The position numbers and the translations under genes are program-made. From an uncultured bacterium (GTDB lineage: Bacteria; Pseudomonadota; Alphaproteobacteria; Caulobacterales; Hyphomonadaceae), in NCBI GenBank assembly GCA_942493305.1, contig OW818686.1, positions 2,441,911 to 2,505,910 on the forward strand: a stretch of 64,000 bases of DNA, written 5' to 3'. Within the stretch, counting starts at the first letter, position 1. Each line of letters starts with the position of its first letter. The notes under the pieces were generated by a model. The model saw only the letters and a list, made by a program, of their open reading frames with translations, made no database searches and had not been told where the DNA came from. Of the stretch, positions 17,515 to 27,052 are shown in pieces.

Positions 17515-17795
17515 GGCATGTCTCCCTTCCGGAAGCGGGCAGGATAGACCCGGCGCGGCGGGGAGCCAAGGTGGGGCTGGTCTGGAAGGCGCGGAGCGTC
17601 CTTCAACCGGCGCAAAGCCTGCGCGTTTCGCAATCAGGCTGAACGGCGGGATTACGTCAAAACTGGACGTTGGCGGAACTGCCCCGGATCGCGTGTCATG
17701 GGGCGTCGCGGTCTATTAGAGAGCGCCGAAACCAGCGCCGCAGAGACGACACATTTGCGAGCTGACATTCCGGCTCGGCAAATTGGGGGGCGGGA

Positions 17796-18896
17796 ATGTT
17801 TGCACGATGGGCGGTTCTGCTTGCGATCTGCATCGGCGTCTTCTCGGCGCCCGCCTTCGCGGATGACCTCGATACGATCCTGTCCAAGGCAGCCGCAGGA
17901 CAGAAAGCCCCTGGGGCGGGGCTACTGATCATTCAGGACTACGGAATCGTCGACGAAGCCGTATCTGGGGTGCGCAGCCTGAGTGACCCCACACCCGTTT
18001 CGCGAAGCGATGTCTGGAATATCGGCTCTGATGGCAAGGCGATGACGGCCGCGATGATCGCTCGGCTTGTGGACCGTGGCGTCCTCTCCTGGGAGGCCAC
18101 GATTGGCGGCGTCTTGCCCGATATGGCTGGCGCGATGCGGCCTGAGTATCCGGCGATCACACTGCGGCAATTGCTGACTCACACATCCGGTATTCCGGAG
18201 AATATCAGGGACGAGAAAGTCCTCAATTCGCTCTTCTATGATGAAAGCTCAGCCAGCTTGTCCGAGCGGCGGAGGGTGTACATCGCTCGCGCGTTGCAGG
18301 ATGCGCCCGCCGGACGCGCCGGCAGATTCAGCTATTCAAACACTGGATTCCTGATCGCCGCTTTCATGGCCGAGACAGCGAGCAAGGAAACGTATGAATC
18401 CCTGATGCGAGATGAGGTCTTCACGCCCCTGGGAATGACCTCGGCTGGCTTTGGACGCCCCCCGACAGGACAGCCCGCTGGCCACAGGCGTGGAAAGATC
18501 GCAGTGCCTCGCGATGTAAACCCCGACTTTTTCGCGCCCGCGGGAAACATATATCTGTCTCTGGAAGACTGGGCCCGCTTCTGCATAGATCAGTTGCAGG
18601 GCGCGAACGGCAGGGGCGCCCTGCTGAACCCCCAGACCTATTCAGTGATGCAATCGCCTCCGCCTGGCGCCCCGGTTTCAATGGGCTGGTTCGTGCGGGA
18701 TAGCATCGCCGGGCTTCCCGGCCCCGCTTATTATCATGAGGGATCGGACGGGGCGTGGTTCGCGGTCGTCGCTCTATTTCCGACTTCAGGTTCCGGCGTG
18801 CTCGCCGTCACGAATGGAGGCAAGGACATGGGGGGCCAAGCGCTTACCTTGGCCGCTGCAATGAATGCGGCAAAACTGCTCGCCAACAAGAAGTAA
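17796..18896 (+). CDS. secreted serine hydrolase, beta-lactamase/PBP4* (class C-like) family
   Basis: Signal peptide MFARWAVLLAICIGVFSAPAFA, an SxxK motif (SDGK in NIGSDGKAMTAAMIA) and YSNTGF (the YxN motif). Confidence 0.85.
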   Translation: MFARWAVLLAICIGVFSAPAFADDLDTILSKAAAGQKAPGAGLLIIQDYGIVDEAVSGVRSLSDPTPVSRSDVWNIGSDGKAMTAAMIARLVDRGVLSWEATIGGVLPDMAGAMRPEYPAITLRQLLTHTSGIPENIRDEKVLNSLFYDESSASLSERRRVYIARALQDAPAGRAGRFSYSNTGFLIAAFMAETASKETYESLMRDEVFTPLGMTSAGFGRPPTGQPAGHRRGKIAVPRDVNPDFFAPAGNIYLSLEDWARFCIDQLQGANGRGALLNPQTYSVMQSPPPGAPVSMGWFVRDSIAGLPGPAYYHEGSDGAWFAVVALFPTSGSGVLAVTNGGKDMGGQALTLAAAMNAAKLLANKK

Positions 18897-19117
18897 GCTC
18901 GCGTGCTGGCGCTCCGGCCTATGCGTGGGCAGGCCGAATATGCGGCGCGGCGATTTTCCGTCGCGCGGCTCAAAGCGATCGGTATCTCATTCCGGGACTT
19001 GTCCAGACTGGCCTGTCACAGAGTTTTCGGGCCTATCCAAGCTTGAAGGACAAGCGGCCAGTATGGGCCAACAGGCGCCATTGCTGGCGGCCCGCTGGTT
19101 TGAACGATTGGGCAACT

Positions 19118-21226
19118 CTACTTGCTCACCCGATAATCCCGCGTCGCCTGGTTGAGCAGGGCCTCCATTTGCATGGGCGGTTGCTTCCACTTTTTCTCGG
19201 CGAAAAGAGGCGACTGGTCCGCGAAGTGAGGCGAGGTCGCATCGAGCGTGGCTGAGCCGTACTGGTGGATGGTGTCGATCTTGTAGGTGCCGTCCGGCGC
19301 CCAATCAGCCATGGCGACATAGACGTCGCCTGCGCGGCCGGAGCGGAACTTGTCCTTCGTGAGGTCGCCGGCGGCGTACATGGCGCGGAGCGTGTCGGGG
19401 CCGCCGTCTGTGGGCCATGACTTCGTCCCGCGCAGGACGCGGCTGACTTCGCTCCATTTCGGATCGATGCGGCCGGTGGCGGCCTTCAACTGCGCAGCGG
19501 TGGTTTTCAGTGCGGCGAGCGCCGTTTCGCGCTTGTAGGCGCCGTGGATCTGGCTGCCCATCGCGGCCTGGCCGGTGAAGATGGTGAGCGCCGCGTTGCG
19601 GTTCTCCATGTCGGCGCGGCCATCCCACGCAGCAACGATGGCTAGCGCGGCTTTCAGGTCTGCGTCGGCGCCGGGATCGACGTTTTGGAAATCCGCTTTC
19701 ATCTTCATGACATTGCTGCCGGCGGCGTAGCGATCATCCATCTTGTAGGCGAAGAATTCCTCGCGCGTGATCGACGTGTCGCTGCCGTAGAGTTCCTGTG
19801 CGCGCAGGCCCCGATTGGTGACCAGCGTGTCGAGCGCGAAATCCTTCGGATAGTTCTCGGCCTTCGGGTTGTCCTGCGGGCCGGAGACGAGCAGCGGCGA
19901 GTGGTTGGCGTTGACGATGTAGCCTGACTTCGGGCGGATGACCGAGGGCAGGGCTTCGACAGGCTCCCAGCCTTTCCAGAGCGTTTCGGAAATGTCGCCG
20001 GGTAGAATCTTCGTGCGGTCCCAGCCGGGGACGCGCTTCGGCATGTGGGCGTTCCAGAAATAGGCGATGCCGCCTTTCGAGTCCGCGACGATGTAGTTTA
20101 CCGACGGGATGTCGTTGTATTTCACCTGGGCGGTGCGCCAGTCGTCGATCGTCTTCGCCATGTTCATGTCGAGATACTGGTCGAGATGCGCGAAGTCGCC
20201 CTTGCCGACGAAGGAGACGGCGTAGACGCCCTTGTCGAGCACGTAGACCGCGCCGTGTTCGGACGTGTAGCCCATGCGTTCGACGGGAACGAGCGCGCCA
20301 CTGCGCAGGACGTTGTACCTGATCGGATTGCGCGTCAGATCCTTCCACTGGCCGTCCATGCGGTACTTCGTCGGGTTCTTCTCGTCGTCGACCACGAGTT
20401 TGAACGTGTCGTAGAGGTCCGGCTTGTTGACGGTGGCGGCCCAGCCGATGTTGGGGCCGACGGCGGTGAGCAGGATCGGCGTGCCGGGGAAGAGGCCGCC
20501 GACGAGGTCGATGCCTTCCTCGGATTTCAGACGCGCTTCGTAGAAGGCGACGCGGCCTTCATAGGGCTGGTGCGAGTTGGCGGCGAGGCGCGTGTGGCCG
20601 TCAGCCGAGCGCGACGGCGCGACGGCGAGGCCGTTGGAGCCAAGCTCGATGTCGTCGCCGATGTCGAGGAAGGCCTGGCGCGTCGACTTGGTCGACATCT
20701 CCATGTTGGCGCGGCCGGAGAGCAGGGAGTCCACTTCGGACTCAAGGCCATAGAAGGAGAGCGGACGGTTGACGAAGCCGGAGACGATGTCGCGTCCGGT
20801 GACGGGCATGGTGCGGGCGCAGCCGGTGGCGGGGTTCTTCTCGCACCAGAGATTGAGGCCGGCGGCATAGCCTTCGGCGACGGACTTTGCCTTCGCGGAT
20901 GTCTGGGTGTCGTAGTCGCGCGCGACGATGGCGGTCATGCCGAGGGCGAGGATGAAATCGTCGGATTTGGCGCCCGAGTCACCGACGATCTCGGAGAGCG
21001 TGCCGCGGCTGGCGCGGACGACTTCCTCGATGTTCTTCCAGTCGTCTTCGGCGTGGGCGTAGGCGAGGCCGAAGGCGACGTCGGCGTTGCGCTTGCCGTA
21101 GATGTGCGGGACGCCGAAGGAGTCGCGGATGATGCGGGCGTCGAAACCTGCGGCCGCTGGAGTCGGGGACGTCGCGCAGCTGGCGAGGGCGACGATGGAT
21201 GCAGCGAGCATGAGCGAACGGAGCAT
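19118..21226 (-). CDS. Ntn-hydrolase acylase (penicillin amidase / acyl-homoserine-lactone acylase, S45 family)
   Basis: Lipoprotein-like signal LMLAASIVALASC, the self-processing site region LGSNGLAVAP (nucleophile Ser after Gly), and a length of 702 aa. Confidence 0.8.
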   Translation of the reverse strand: MLRSLMLAASIVALASCATSPTPAAAGFDARIIRDSFGVPHIYGKRNADVAFGLAYAHAEDDWKNIEEVVRASRGTLSEIVGDSGAKSDDFILALGMTAIVARDYDTQTSAKAKSVAEGYAAGLNLWCEKNPATGCARTMPVTGRDIVSGFVNRPLSFYGLESEVDSLLSGRANMEMSTKSTRQAFLDIGDDIELGSNGLAVAPSRSADGHTRLAANSHQPYEGRVAFYEARLKSEEGIDLVGGLFPGTPILLTAVGPNIGWAATVNKPDLYDTFKLVVDDEKNPTKYRMDGQWKDLTRNPIRYNVLRSGALVPVERMGYTSEHGAVYVLDKGVYAVSFVGKGDFAHLDQYLDMNMAKTIDDWRTAQVKYNDIPSVNYIVADSKGGIAYFWNAHMPKRVPGWDRTKILPGDISETLWKGWEPVEALPSVIRPKSGYIVNANHSPLLVSGPQDNPKAENYPKDFALDTLVTNRGLRAQELYGSDTSITREEFFAYKMDDRYAAGSNVMKMKADFQNVDPGADADLKAALAIVAAWDGRADMENRNAALTIFTGQAAMGSQIHGAYKRETALAALKTTAAQLKAATGRIDPKWSEVSRVLRGTKSWPTDGGPDTLRAMYAAGDLTKDKFRSGRAGDVYVAMADWAPDGTYKIDTIHQYGSATLDATSPHFADQSPLFAEKKWKQPPMQMEALLNQATRDYRVSK

Positions 21227-21361
21227 TGGCTTCTCCCAGAGTTTTGGAGAGGCTAGCCCGTGTTGATGGCGCGCACCACAGGAGTCATTGCCGGTGTGGC
21301 GGGAATACCAGTTCGGTCAGTGTGGGAACTTCTGGTTCCCCGGCGAGGGATGACCCGCAGG

Positions 21362-22795
21362 CTAGACGTTTTTCTCACTGATGCGCTTGAGCACGTCTGC
21401 CGCGAACTCGGAGAGGGTGTCGTCACGGGCGCCCATGATGACGATGACGTCGCCGGGGTGGGCGAGTTCCACAAGGCGATCGCCGCAGGCGGGGCGATCA
21501 GGGAGCGCAAAGGCTTGCTTGCCGGATGAGGTGACGCCTTCGGTGATTGCGCGCGAGCCCATGGAGCGATCGACCGTGCCGCCGAAATAAGCGGGCTCCG
21601 GCATCAGGAGAATGTCTTTCGCAGCGAGGTCGCGCGCGAACATCTCGATCAGCTGGTCCTTCATCTGGCGGATGGGGCCGTAGCCGTGGGGTTGCCACAT
21701 GACGAGGAGGCGACCGGGGAAGGCGTGGAGCGTTGCGAGGGTGGCGGCGATCTTGTCGGGGTTGTGGCCGAAGTCGTCGATGACGACGATGTCCTTCGCG
21801 CTGCCGACCACTTCGAGGCGGCGGCGGATGCCGACGAAGTTCATCAGCGCCAGAGTGGCTTCGCGCAGGGCCAACCCGCAGGCGCGGGCTGCTGCTATGG
21901 CGGCGAGGGCGTTGGAGAGGTTGTGACGGCCGGGTGTCTGCAGGCAGATGCGCTGGCGCTCGCCGGTCTTGCGCTCTGTGACCAGGCAGGACTGGCCATC
22001 CGGTTGGGTGACGAGATCAGAGATGGTGAAGTCGGCGGTCTCGTCTGTCAGGGAATAGGTTAGCGCTTCCGGGTGTTTCAGCTCGGCGTGCAGGCGGCGG
22101 GTTTCGTCATTGTCGAGGTTGATGACCGCGACCTGCGCCTTGCTGACGAAGTCAGAGAACAGCTTGCGGAGTTCGTCCATCGACTTGTGGTCGAGTGCGA
22201 TGTTGTTGAGCACGGCGATGGTGGGGTTGTAGAGGGCGATCGAGCCATCGGACTCGTCGACCTCGGAGACGAAGATGTCGCCTTCGCCGACGATGGCGGA
22301 TGCGAAGGGGAAGTCGCCGGCGACAAAGTTCTTCATCACGGCGCCGTTCATGACCGTGGGGTCGCGGCGGGTGGCGTAGAGGATCCAGGCGATCATGCCC
22401 GTGGTGGTCGATTTGCCGGACGTGCCGCCGACCGCGATGGAGACTTTCGCGGAGTTCACAAGCTGGGCGAGGAGTTGCGGGCGTTTCACTTCGGGGCAGC
22501 CAAGTGCGCGGGCGGCTACGACATCCGGCACGGTGTCTTCCACGGCGGCGGAGGTGACGAGAAGCTGGTTGCTGTTGGTGAGGCCCGAACCGTCCTGTGG
22601 ATGGAGACCGATGCCGCGTGCTTTCAGGAAGTCGAACTTGCCAGTGGTGCGCCCGGCGTCGAGTGAGCGATCGGAGCCCTCGACATCGTAGCCGCGTCCC
22701 TTGACGATGAGCGCGAGCGGCAACATTCCGCTGCCGCCGATGCCGCAGAAGAAGTAGGGTCCCTGGTGGGCGAGGGCCGTTTTTGAATCCGACAT
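21362..22795 (-). CDS. Mur ligase family protein (MurC/Mpl-like)
   Basis: ATG at 22795. Rossmann N-terminus FFCGIGGSGMLPLAL...GSD, P-loop VGGTSGKSTTTGM, and the C-terminal Mur-ligase domain DDFGHNPDK. Adjacent to and divergent from the LD-carboxypeptidase gene. Confidence 0.8.
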   Translation of the reverse strand: MSDSKTALAHQGPYFFCGIGGSGMLPLALIVKGRGYDVEGSDRSLDAGRTTGKFDFLKARGIGLHPQDGSGLTNSNQLLVTSAAVEDTVPDVVAARALGCPEVKRPQLLAQLVNSAKVSIAVGGTSGKSTTTGMIAWILYATRRDPTVMNGAVMKNFVAGDFPFASAIVGEGDIFVSEVDESDGSIALYNPTIAVLNNIALDHKSMDELRKLFSDFVSKAQVAVINLDNDETRRLHAELKHPEALTYSLTDETADFTISDLVTQPDGQSCLVTERKTGERQRICLQTPGRHNLSNALAAIAAARACGLALREATLALMNFVGIRRRLEVVGSAKDIVVIDDFGHNPDKIAATLATLHAFPGRLLVMWQPHGYGPIRQMKDQLIEMFARDLAAKDILLMPEPAYFGGTVDRSMGSRAITEGVTSSGKQAFALPDRPACGDRLVELAHPGDVIVIMGARDDTLSEFAADVLKRISEKNV

Positions 22796-22820
22796 GTCGG
22801 CATGTCTCAGTGAGGCGCGT

Positions 22821-23657
22821 ATGGGGTCAAGTGAAAAGGTGTTCCGCATCGGTCTGTGCGCCCCCGGAACGCGCATGTCGCCCGAACTGTCCAGGCGCGC
22901 GCAGGGGCTGGCGGCCAAGGCCTATGAGGGGCGGGTGGAGCTGCGGTTTCATGCGCAGTGCTTCAGGCAGGCGGGACATTTCGCAGGCGAGGACCATGAG
23001 CGGATCGATGCGCTGGTGGAGCTGGCGAACGATCCCACGCTGGATGCTGTGTGGTTTGCGCGGGGTGGGTATGGGGCGTGCCGGGTGGCGGAGTATGCCA
23101 TTCCGCGGATGAACCATGCGGCGCGCGCCAAGAAGTGGATGGGGTATTCGGACGCGGGATTCATGTTGGCGGGGTTGCACAAGGCGGGGTTCGCCGATGT
23201 GGCGCATGGGCCGATGCCTGTCGATCTCGTCCGGGACGATGGCGAGCAGGCGTTTTTGCGAGGATTGTCGTGGTTGCTTGAGGGGAACAGTCGTGCGCTG
23301 GAGTCGAGCCTGGGAGCCGGGCAGAAGGCGATGGCGTATAATCTGACGATCCTGTCGCAGTTGCTGGGCACGCCGCTGGAGCCGGATTTTGCGGATCGCG
23401 TCCTCATGCTGGAGGATGTCGGAGAGTACATGTACCGGATCGACCGGTATTTCTTCCACGTCACGTCGAACGCCAACGTCCGCAAATGTGCGGGGATCAG
23501 ATTGGGGCGGTGTTCGGCGGTTCCCAAGAATGATCCGGACTTCGTGCTGACCGAGGAGGAGGTGGCGCGCTTCTGGTGTGAGCGGTCGGGCATCGCTTAT
23601 CTGGGGCGTGCCGATATAGGGCACGACAGCGACAACAAGGTCGTTCCATTCGCTTAG
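22821..23657 (+). CDS. LD-carboxypeptidase (S66 family, muramoyl-tetrapeptide carboxypeptidase-like)
   Basis: GYSDAGFM (nucleophile Ser), LEDVGEYMYRIDR (Glu) and GHD near the C-terminus (His). The start could be 22794 or 22821. Confidence 0.8.
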   Translation: MGSSEKVFRIGLCAPGTRMSPELSRRAQGLAAKAYEGRVELRFHAQCFRQAGHFAGEDHERIDALVELANDPTLDAVWFARGGYGACRVAEYAIPRMNHAARAKKWMGYSDAGFMLAGLHKAGFADVAHGPMPVDLVRDDGEQAFLRGLSWLLEGNSRALESSLGAGQKAMAYNLTILSQLLGTPLEPDFADRVLMLEDVGEYMYRIDRYFFHVTSNANVRKCAGIRLGRCSAVPKNDPDFVLTEEEVARFWCERSGIAYLGRADIGHDSDNKVVPFA

Positions 23658-23774
23658 TGCACGTCATATTTTATTGCTTATAGCATAATTTTTCGACCGT
23701 TTGGTTGACGTCGGGTCTGGCGGCGGTGTTGGCATGGCGGTTGCTCCCCGAGGTGGTGAATCGGGAGTGCAGGA

Positions 23775-24899
23775 ATGGCCAAGGGCGCCGACACGCTACA
23801 GCCGGACAATTTCGTCCTTCTCGACGGCTTGCGCGGCTTCGGGGCGATCCTCGTGCTTGTCGGCCACACGATCCACTACTGGGGACCATTCTGGGCGCCG
23901 AGCGGCGCGGTTATCGTCGATCTGTTCTTCCTCCTGAGCGGCTTCGTGATCGCGTACGCCTATGAACCCCGCCTCGCCGCCGGAATGCGCGCGGGCGAGT
24001 TCATGCTGCACAGGATCGTGCGGCTTTACCCGCTCTACCTGCTCGGGACGTTGATCGGCTTCGTCGCGCTGTGCGGGATGGCGCTGGGTGATGCCGATGG
24101 CGGCCAGCGCAGCCTGTCCTACACCGCGCAACTCATTCCGCAGCTCTTCATGCTGCCGACGGCTCCGATGCTGGGCAGCCCGGATGTCTACGCGCTCAAC
24201 GTGCCGGCGTGGACGCTGTTCTTCGAGTTGTTCGTCAACCTCGTCTATGTGCTCACCTTCCGCTGGCTGCGCGACACGCGCGTGCTTGCGCTACTGACGG
24301 CGGCGTTTGCGCTCGGCCTTATCTTCACGGTCTTCACGCTTGGCGGGATCGACGCGGGCTCCGACTGGGGCACGTTCTGGGCGGGCTTCTCGCGCGGCGG
24401 CTTCGGCTTCTTTGCTGGCGTGCTGGCCTATCGCCTGCTGGGGTCGCCGCGCACCGCGAAGCGACCGGCGAGCAAGTGGGCGTTCGTGTTGCTGTTCGCG
24501 CTGCCGCTCGCCTGCTTCATCCCGGCGACGCGCGAATTGCGGCCACTGGTGGACGTGATCCTTGCGGTCGGCCTCGGCATCCCAATGCTGTGGATGTCGC
24601 AATCGGTTGCGCCTCCGCAGTCATTCACCGCGCTATTCATCATCGGCGGACGCATTTCGTATGGAGTCTATATTCTTCACCAGCCTTTCCGCGAACTGGC
24701 GGAGCGCATCACCTGGCGCACGCCCGTGCTGGTGGAGACAGCGCCGCTGGGCGGGATTGCGATCCTCGTGATGGTGGTTGCTCTCGCTTACGTGGCGGAG
24801 CGGTTCTACGACAGGCCTGTGCGGCGGTGGTTCGTGGCGTGGCTGCGGCAGCGCGTCGTAGGCAAGCATGGACTGCGCGCTATCGTGGCGGCTGAATAG
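23775..24899 (+). CDS. acyltransferase family 3 membrane protein (O-acyltransferase)
   Basis: LDGLRGFGAILVLVGH near the N-terminus, about 10 TM helices, SYGVYILHQP near the C-terminus. Confidence 0.85.
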   Translation: MAKGADTLQPDNFVLLDGLRGFGAILVLVGHTIHYWGPFWAPSGAVIVDLFFLLSGFVIAYAYEPRLAAGMRAGEFMLHRIVRLYPLYLLGTLIGFVALCGMALGDADGGQRSLSYTAQLIPQLFMLPTAPMLGSPDVYALNVPAWTLFFELFVNLVYVLTFRWLRDTRVLALLTAAFALGLIFTVFTLGGIDAGSDWGTFWAGFSRGGFGFFAGVLAYRLLGSPRTAKRPASKWAFVLLFALPLACFIPATRELRPLVDVILAVGLGIPMLWMSQSVAPPQSFTALFIIGGRISYGVYILHQPFRELAERITWRTPVLVETAPLGGIAILVMVVALAYVAERFYDRPVRRWFVAWLRQRVVGKHGLRAIVAAE

Positions 24900-24937
24900 G
24901 CGCTTCGCGCACGTCCTTGTCCCGGCTGGATCCCCGC

Positions 24938-24972
24938 GTGCGCGGGGAACGCGTCTGCAAGGCAGACGCTTC
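24938..24972. repeat. second copy of REP element GCGCGGGGAACGCGTCTGCAAGGCAGACGCTTCC
   Basis: Matches 11618..11650. Lies in the convergent intergenic region. Confidence 0.7.
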
Positions 24973-24989
24973 CACAAACCACGGCTTGG

Positions 24990-25766
24990 CTACTGCGCGA
25001 CCCAGCCGCCGTCGATGGAGAGGGCGGCGCCGTTGATCTGGTTGGCGGCTTCGGTGGTCAGGAAGACGGCCATTGCGGCGACGTCTGACACCTTTACGAA
25101 TTCCTTGGTTGGCTGGGCGGCGAGCAGCACGTCGCGGATGACGGCTTCCTCGGAAATGCCGCGTGCCTTCGCTGTGTCGGCAATCTGGTTCTCGACCAGC
25201 GGCGTGCGGACATAGCCGGGGCAGATGGCGTTGACGCGGATGCCATGCGTTGCGCCTTCCAGTGCGATGGATTTCGTGAAGCCGAGAATGCCGTGCTTTG
25301 CGGCGACATAGGCGCTCTTGAAGGGCGAGGCCACAAGCGCGTGGGCCGAGGCGATGTTGATGATGCGGCCCCACTTGTTCGCCTTCATGTCCGGAACAGC
25401 GAGCCGCGTGGTGTGGAAGGCGGACGACAGGTTCAGCGCAATGATGAGATCCCACTTGGCGACCGGGAACTCTTCCACGGGTGAGACGTGCTGGACCCCG
25501 GCATTGTTGACGAGGATGTCGACGGGGCCGAGCTTCTCCTTCGTCATGGCGAACATGGCCTCGATCTGGTCGGGCTTTGTCATGTCGGCGTTCGAGTAGA
25601 GGCATTCGACCTTGTTGTCGGCAGCGATGGAGGCGCGGAGCTTCTCGATTGCGGCGGCGTCGCCGAAACCATTGATGACGACATTGTTGCCAGCGGCGGC
25701 CAGCGCCTGCGCGATGCCTTCGCCAATGCCGGACGTGGAGCCTGTGACGATGGCGGTGCGGGTCAT
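24990..25766 (-). CDS. bdhA: 3-hydroxybutyrate dehydrogenase (SDR)
   Basis: ATG at 25766 with AGGAG 9 nt upstream. TGSTSGIG cofactor motif, NNAGVQH, the catalytic YVAAKHG, and C-terminal SIDGGWVAQ. Close by-eye resemblance to known BdhA sequences. Confidence 0.9.
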   Translation of the reverse strand: MTRTAIVTGSTSGIGEGIAQALAAAGNNVVINGFGDAAAIEKLRASIAADNKVECLYSNADMTKPDQIEAMFAMTKEKLGPVDILVNNAGVQHVSPVEEFPVAKWDLIIALNLSSAFHTTRLAVPDMKANKWGRIINIASAHALVASPFKSAYVAAKHGILGFTKSIALEGATHGIRVNAICPGYVRTPLVENQIADTAKARGISEEAVIRDVLLAAQPTKEFVKVSDVAAMAVFLTTEAANQINGAALSIDGGWVAQ

Positions 25767-25884
25767 GCGGGGAGGCTCCTCGGGGTTCAGGGCGTTGTCG
25801 CGCCGTGTGGAGCGCGAGGCAAGCTCACGATCCAATCTCGACGACATTTGTGTACGGGAATTCCACTATGGCGACATCCAATGA

Positions 25885-25927
25885 TGTCATTCCGGCTCGC
25901 GCGGCTTGCCGCTTGGCCGGAATGACA
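25885..25927. repeat. hairpin repeat TGTCATTCCGGC-N19-GCCGGAATGACA
   Basis: Perfect 12-nt arms. Related to the 734..839 element. Confidence 0.6.
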
Positions 25928-25945
25928 GGAGGTGGCGAGCGGAGG

Positions 25946-26872
25946 TTACTGCAGCTCCGCATCCAGCTTCATAACCAGCGCAGTGAAGAAATCGGCGGCT
26001 TGCGCCAGTGTAGCCGGTTCGACGCGATCCAGCTTGTCGTTGGGCGTGTGGATCAGCGAGAGGACGGCGGGGATCGTCGCTGGGTCGGGGGCGGAGGTCG
26101 GCGGATTGAGCATGAAGGCGCGGAGCTTATCGGCTTCGGCCTTCGGCTGGTGGCCGAGCGAGATGGTCGGCGCACCGGCGGCGGAGAAGGCGCGGTCGTC
26201 GCTGGGCGGGTATTCGGGGAAGTCGAGGCAGGACATGGCGCGGGCGCTGCAGAGTTCGCGAACGGCCTCCACCATGAAGGCGGACTGGTCGCCATTGTTG
26301 AGGCCATACATCAAGGTCTCGCCATTGGCGTTGATGTCGGCGTTGATGACGGCGGCGAGGTTGTCGACGCCATGCGCCTTGATCCACGCATGGGCGCCGA
26401 CGAGGCCGAGTTCTTCCTGATCGGTGAGGAACAGGCGGACGGGATGTTTCGTCTGGCCGGCGACGCGCCGGGTCGCTTCGATCATGGCGACGACGGAGGC
26501 GGCGTTGTCGACTGCGCCATCGGCCAGCTTGCCATCTGAAAACACGACGGCGTCGTAGTGGGCGGTGAGAAGGATTTCCTTGCTGCTTTTTGGGCCCGTC
26601 TCCGGGCCGACGCGGACAAGGACGTTATAGCCCTTGGCCGGCGCGGCGCGGCGGCCTTCGAACTCTTCCACCGTGTAGGGCAGGCCGGCGGCGTCGAGCT
26701 GGGCCTTCAGCGCGGCAAGGCGGCCATCCTGCGTCGGCTGCACGAACGCGCCGACGCGCGCGTGCAGGTGTTGCGGCGAGGCGGTGGGCGGCAGGGGCTG
26801 GCCAACCGGCGTTGCGCAAGCGGCGAGGGCGAGGAGAAGCGGCGCGGCAAGAATACGTGACAGTCTCAGCAA
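25946..26872 (-). CDS. M28-family Zn aminopeptidase (lipoprotein)
   Basis: Lipobox LLLALAAC, metal-ligand regions HYDAV...DNAASV and DQEELGLVGA, and HTPND. Confidence 0.8.
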   Translation of the reverse strand: MLRLSRILAAPLLLALAACATPVGQPLPPTASPQHLHARVGAFVQPTQDGRLAALKAQLDAAGLPYTVEEFEGRRAAPAKGYNVLVRVGPETGPKSSKEILLTAHYDAVVFSDGKLADGAVDNAASVVAMIEATRRVAGQTKHPVRLFLTDQEELGLVGAHAWIKAHGVDNLAAVINADINANGETLMYGLNNGDQSAFMVEAVRELCSARAMSCLDFPEYPPSDDRAFSAAGAPTISLGHQPKAEADKLRAFMLNPPTSAPDPATIPAVLSLIHTPNDKLDRVEPATLAQAADFFTALVMKLDAELQ

Positions 26873-27052
26873 AAGCGTTCTCCCGGCGATCCGACATGGT
26901 TAGGCGGCAGTTGATGCGGGCGCAAATGATATCGATTGTCGAAAAAAATCTCCCGCTACTCCCTTGTAGCGGCTAAGAATGAGGGCACGTAATGTCGGAA
27001 TGCGCCAGCCTCCTCCGGCGCGGGACACTTGATTGGTTCGGGAGACAAAAAG

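Noticed and set aside
15728-17569. 613-aa ORF on the minus strand spanning the hydrolase and phaR loci. Similar long ORFs occur at 26900..28294(-), 29094..31094(-), 59341..61011(+), 11882..13054(+), 13994..15442(+), 20045..21256(+) and 45741..46541(+).
   Set aside because: These are antisense or alternative-frame shadows of well-supported genes. They are extremely Arg/Gly/Ala/Pro-rich with no recognisable motifs, which is the expected artefact of high-GC DNA with few stop codons.
21310-21345. GGGAAC-TTCT-GGTTCCC hairpin and a nearby GGAAC, considered as an EcfG promoter or terminator between the Mur-ligase gene and the acylase gene.
   Set aside because: There is no CGTT at N16-17 and no U-tract after the hairpin. 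It may be a weak structural element, but this is unsupported.
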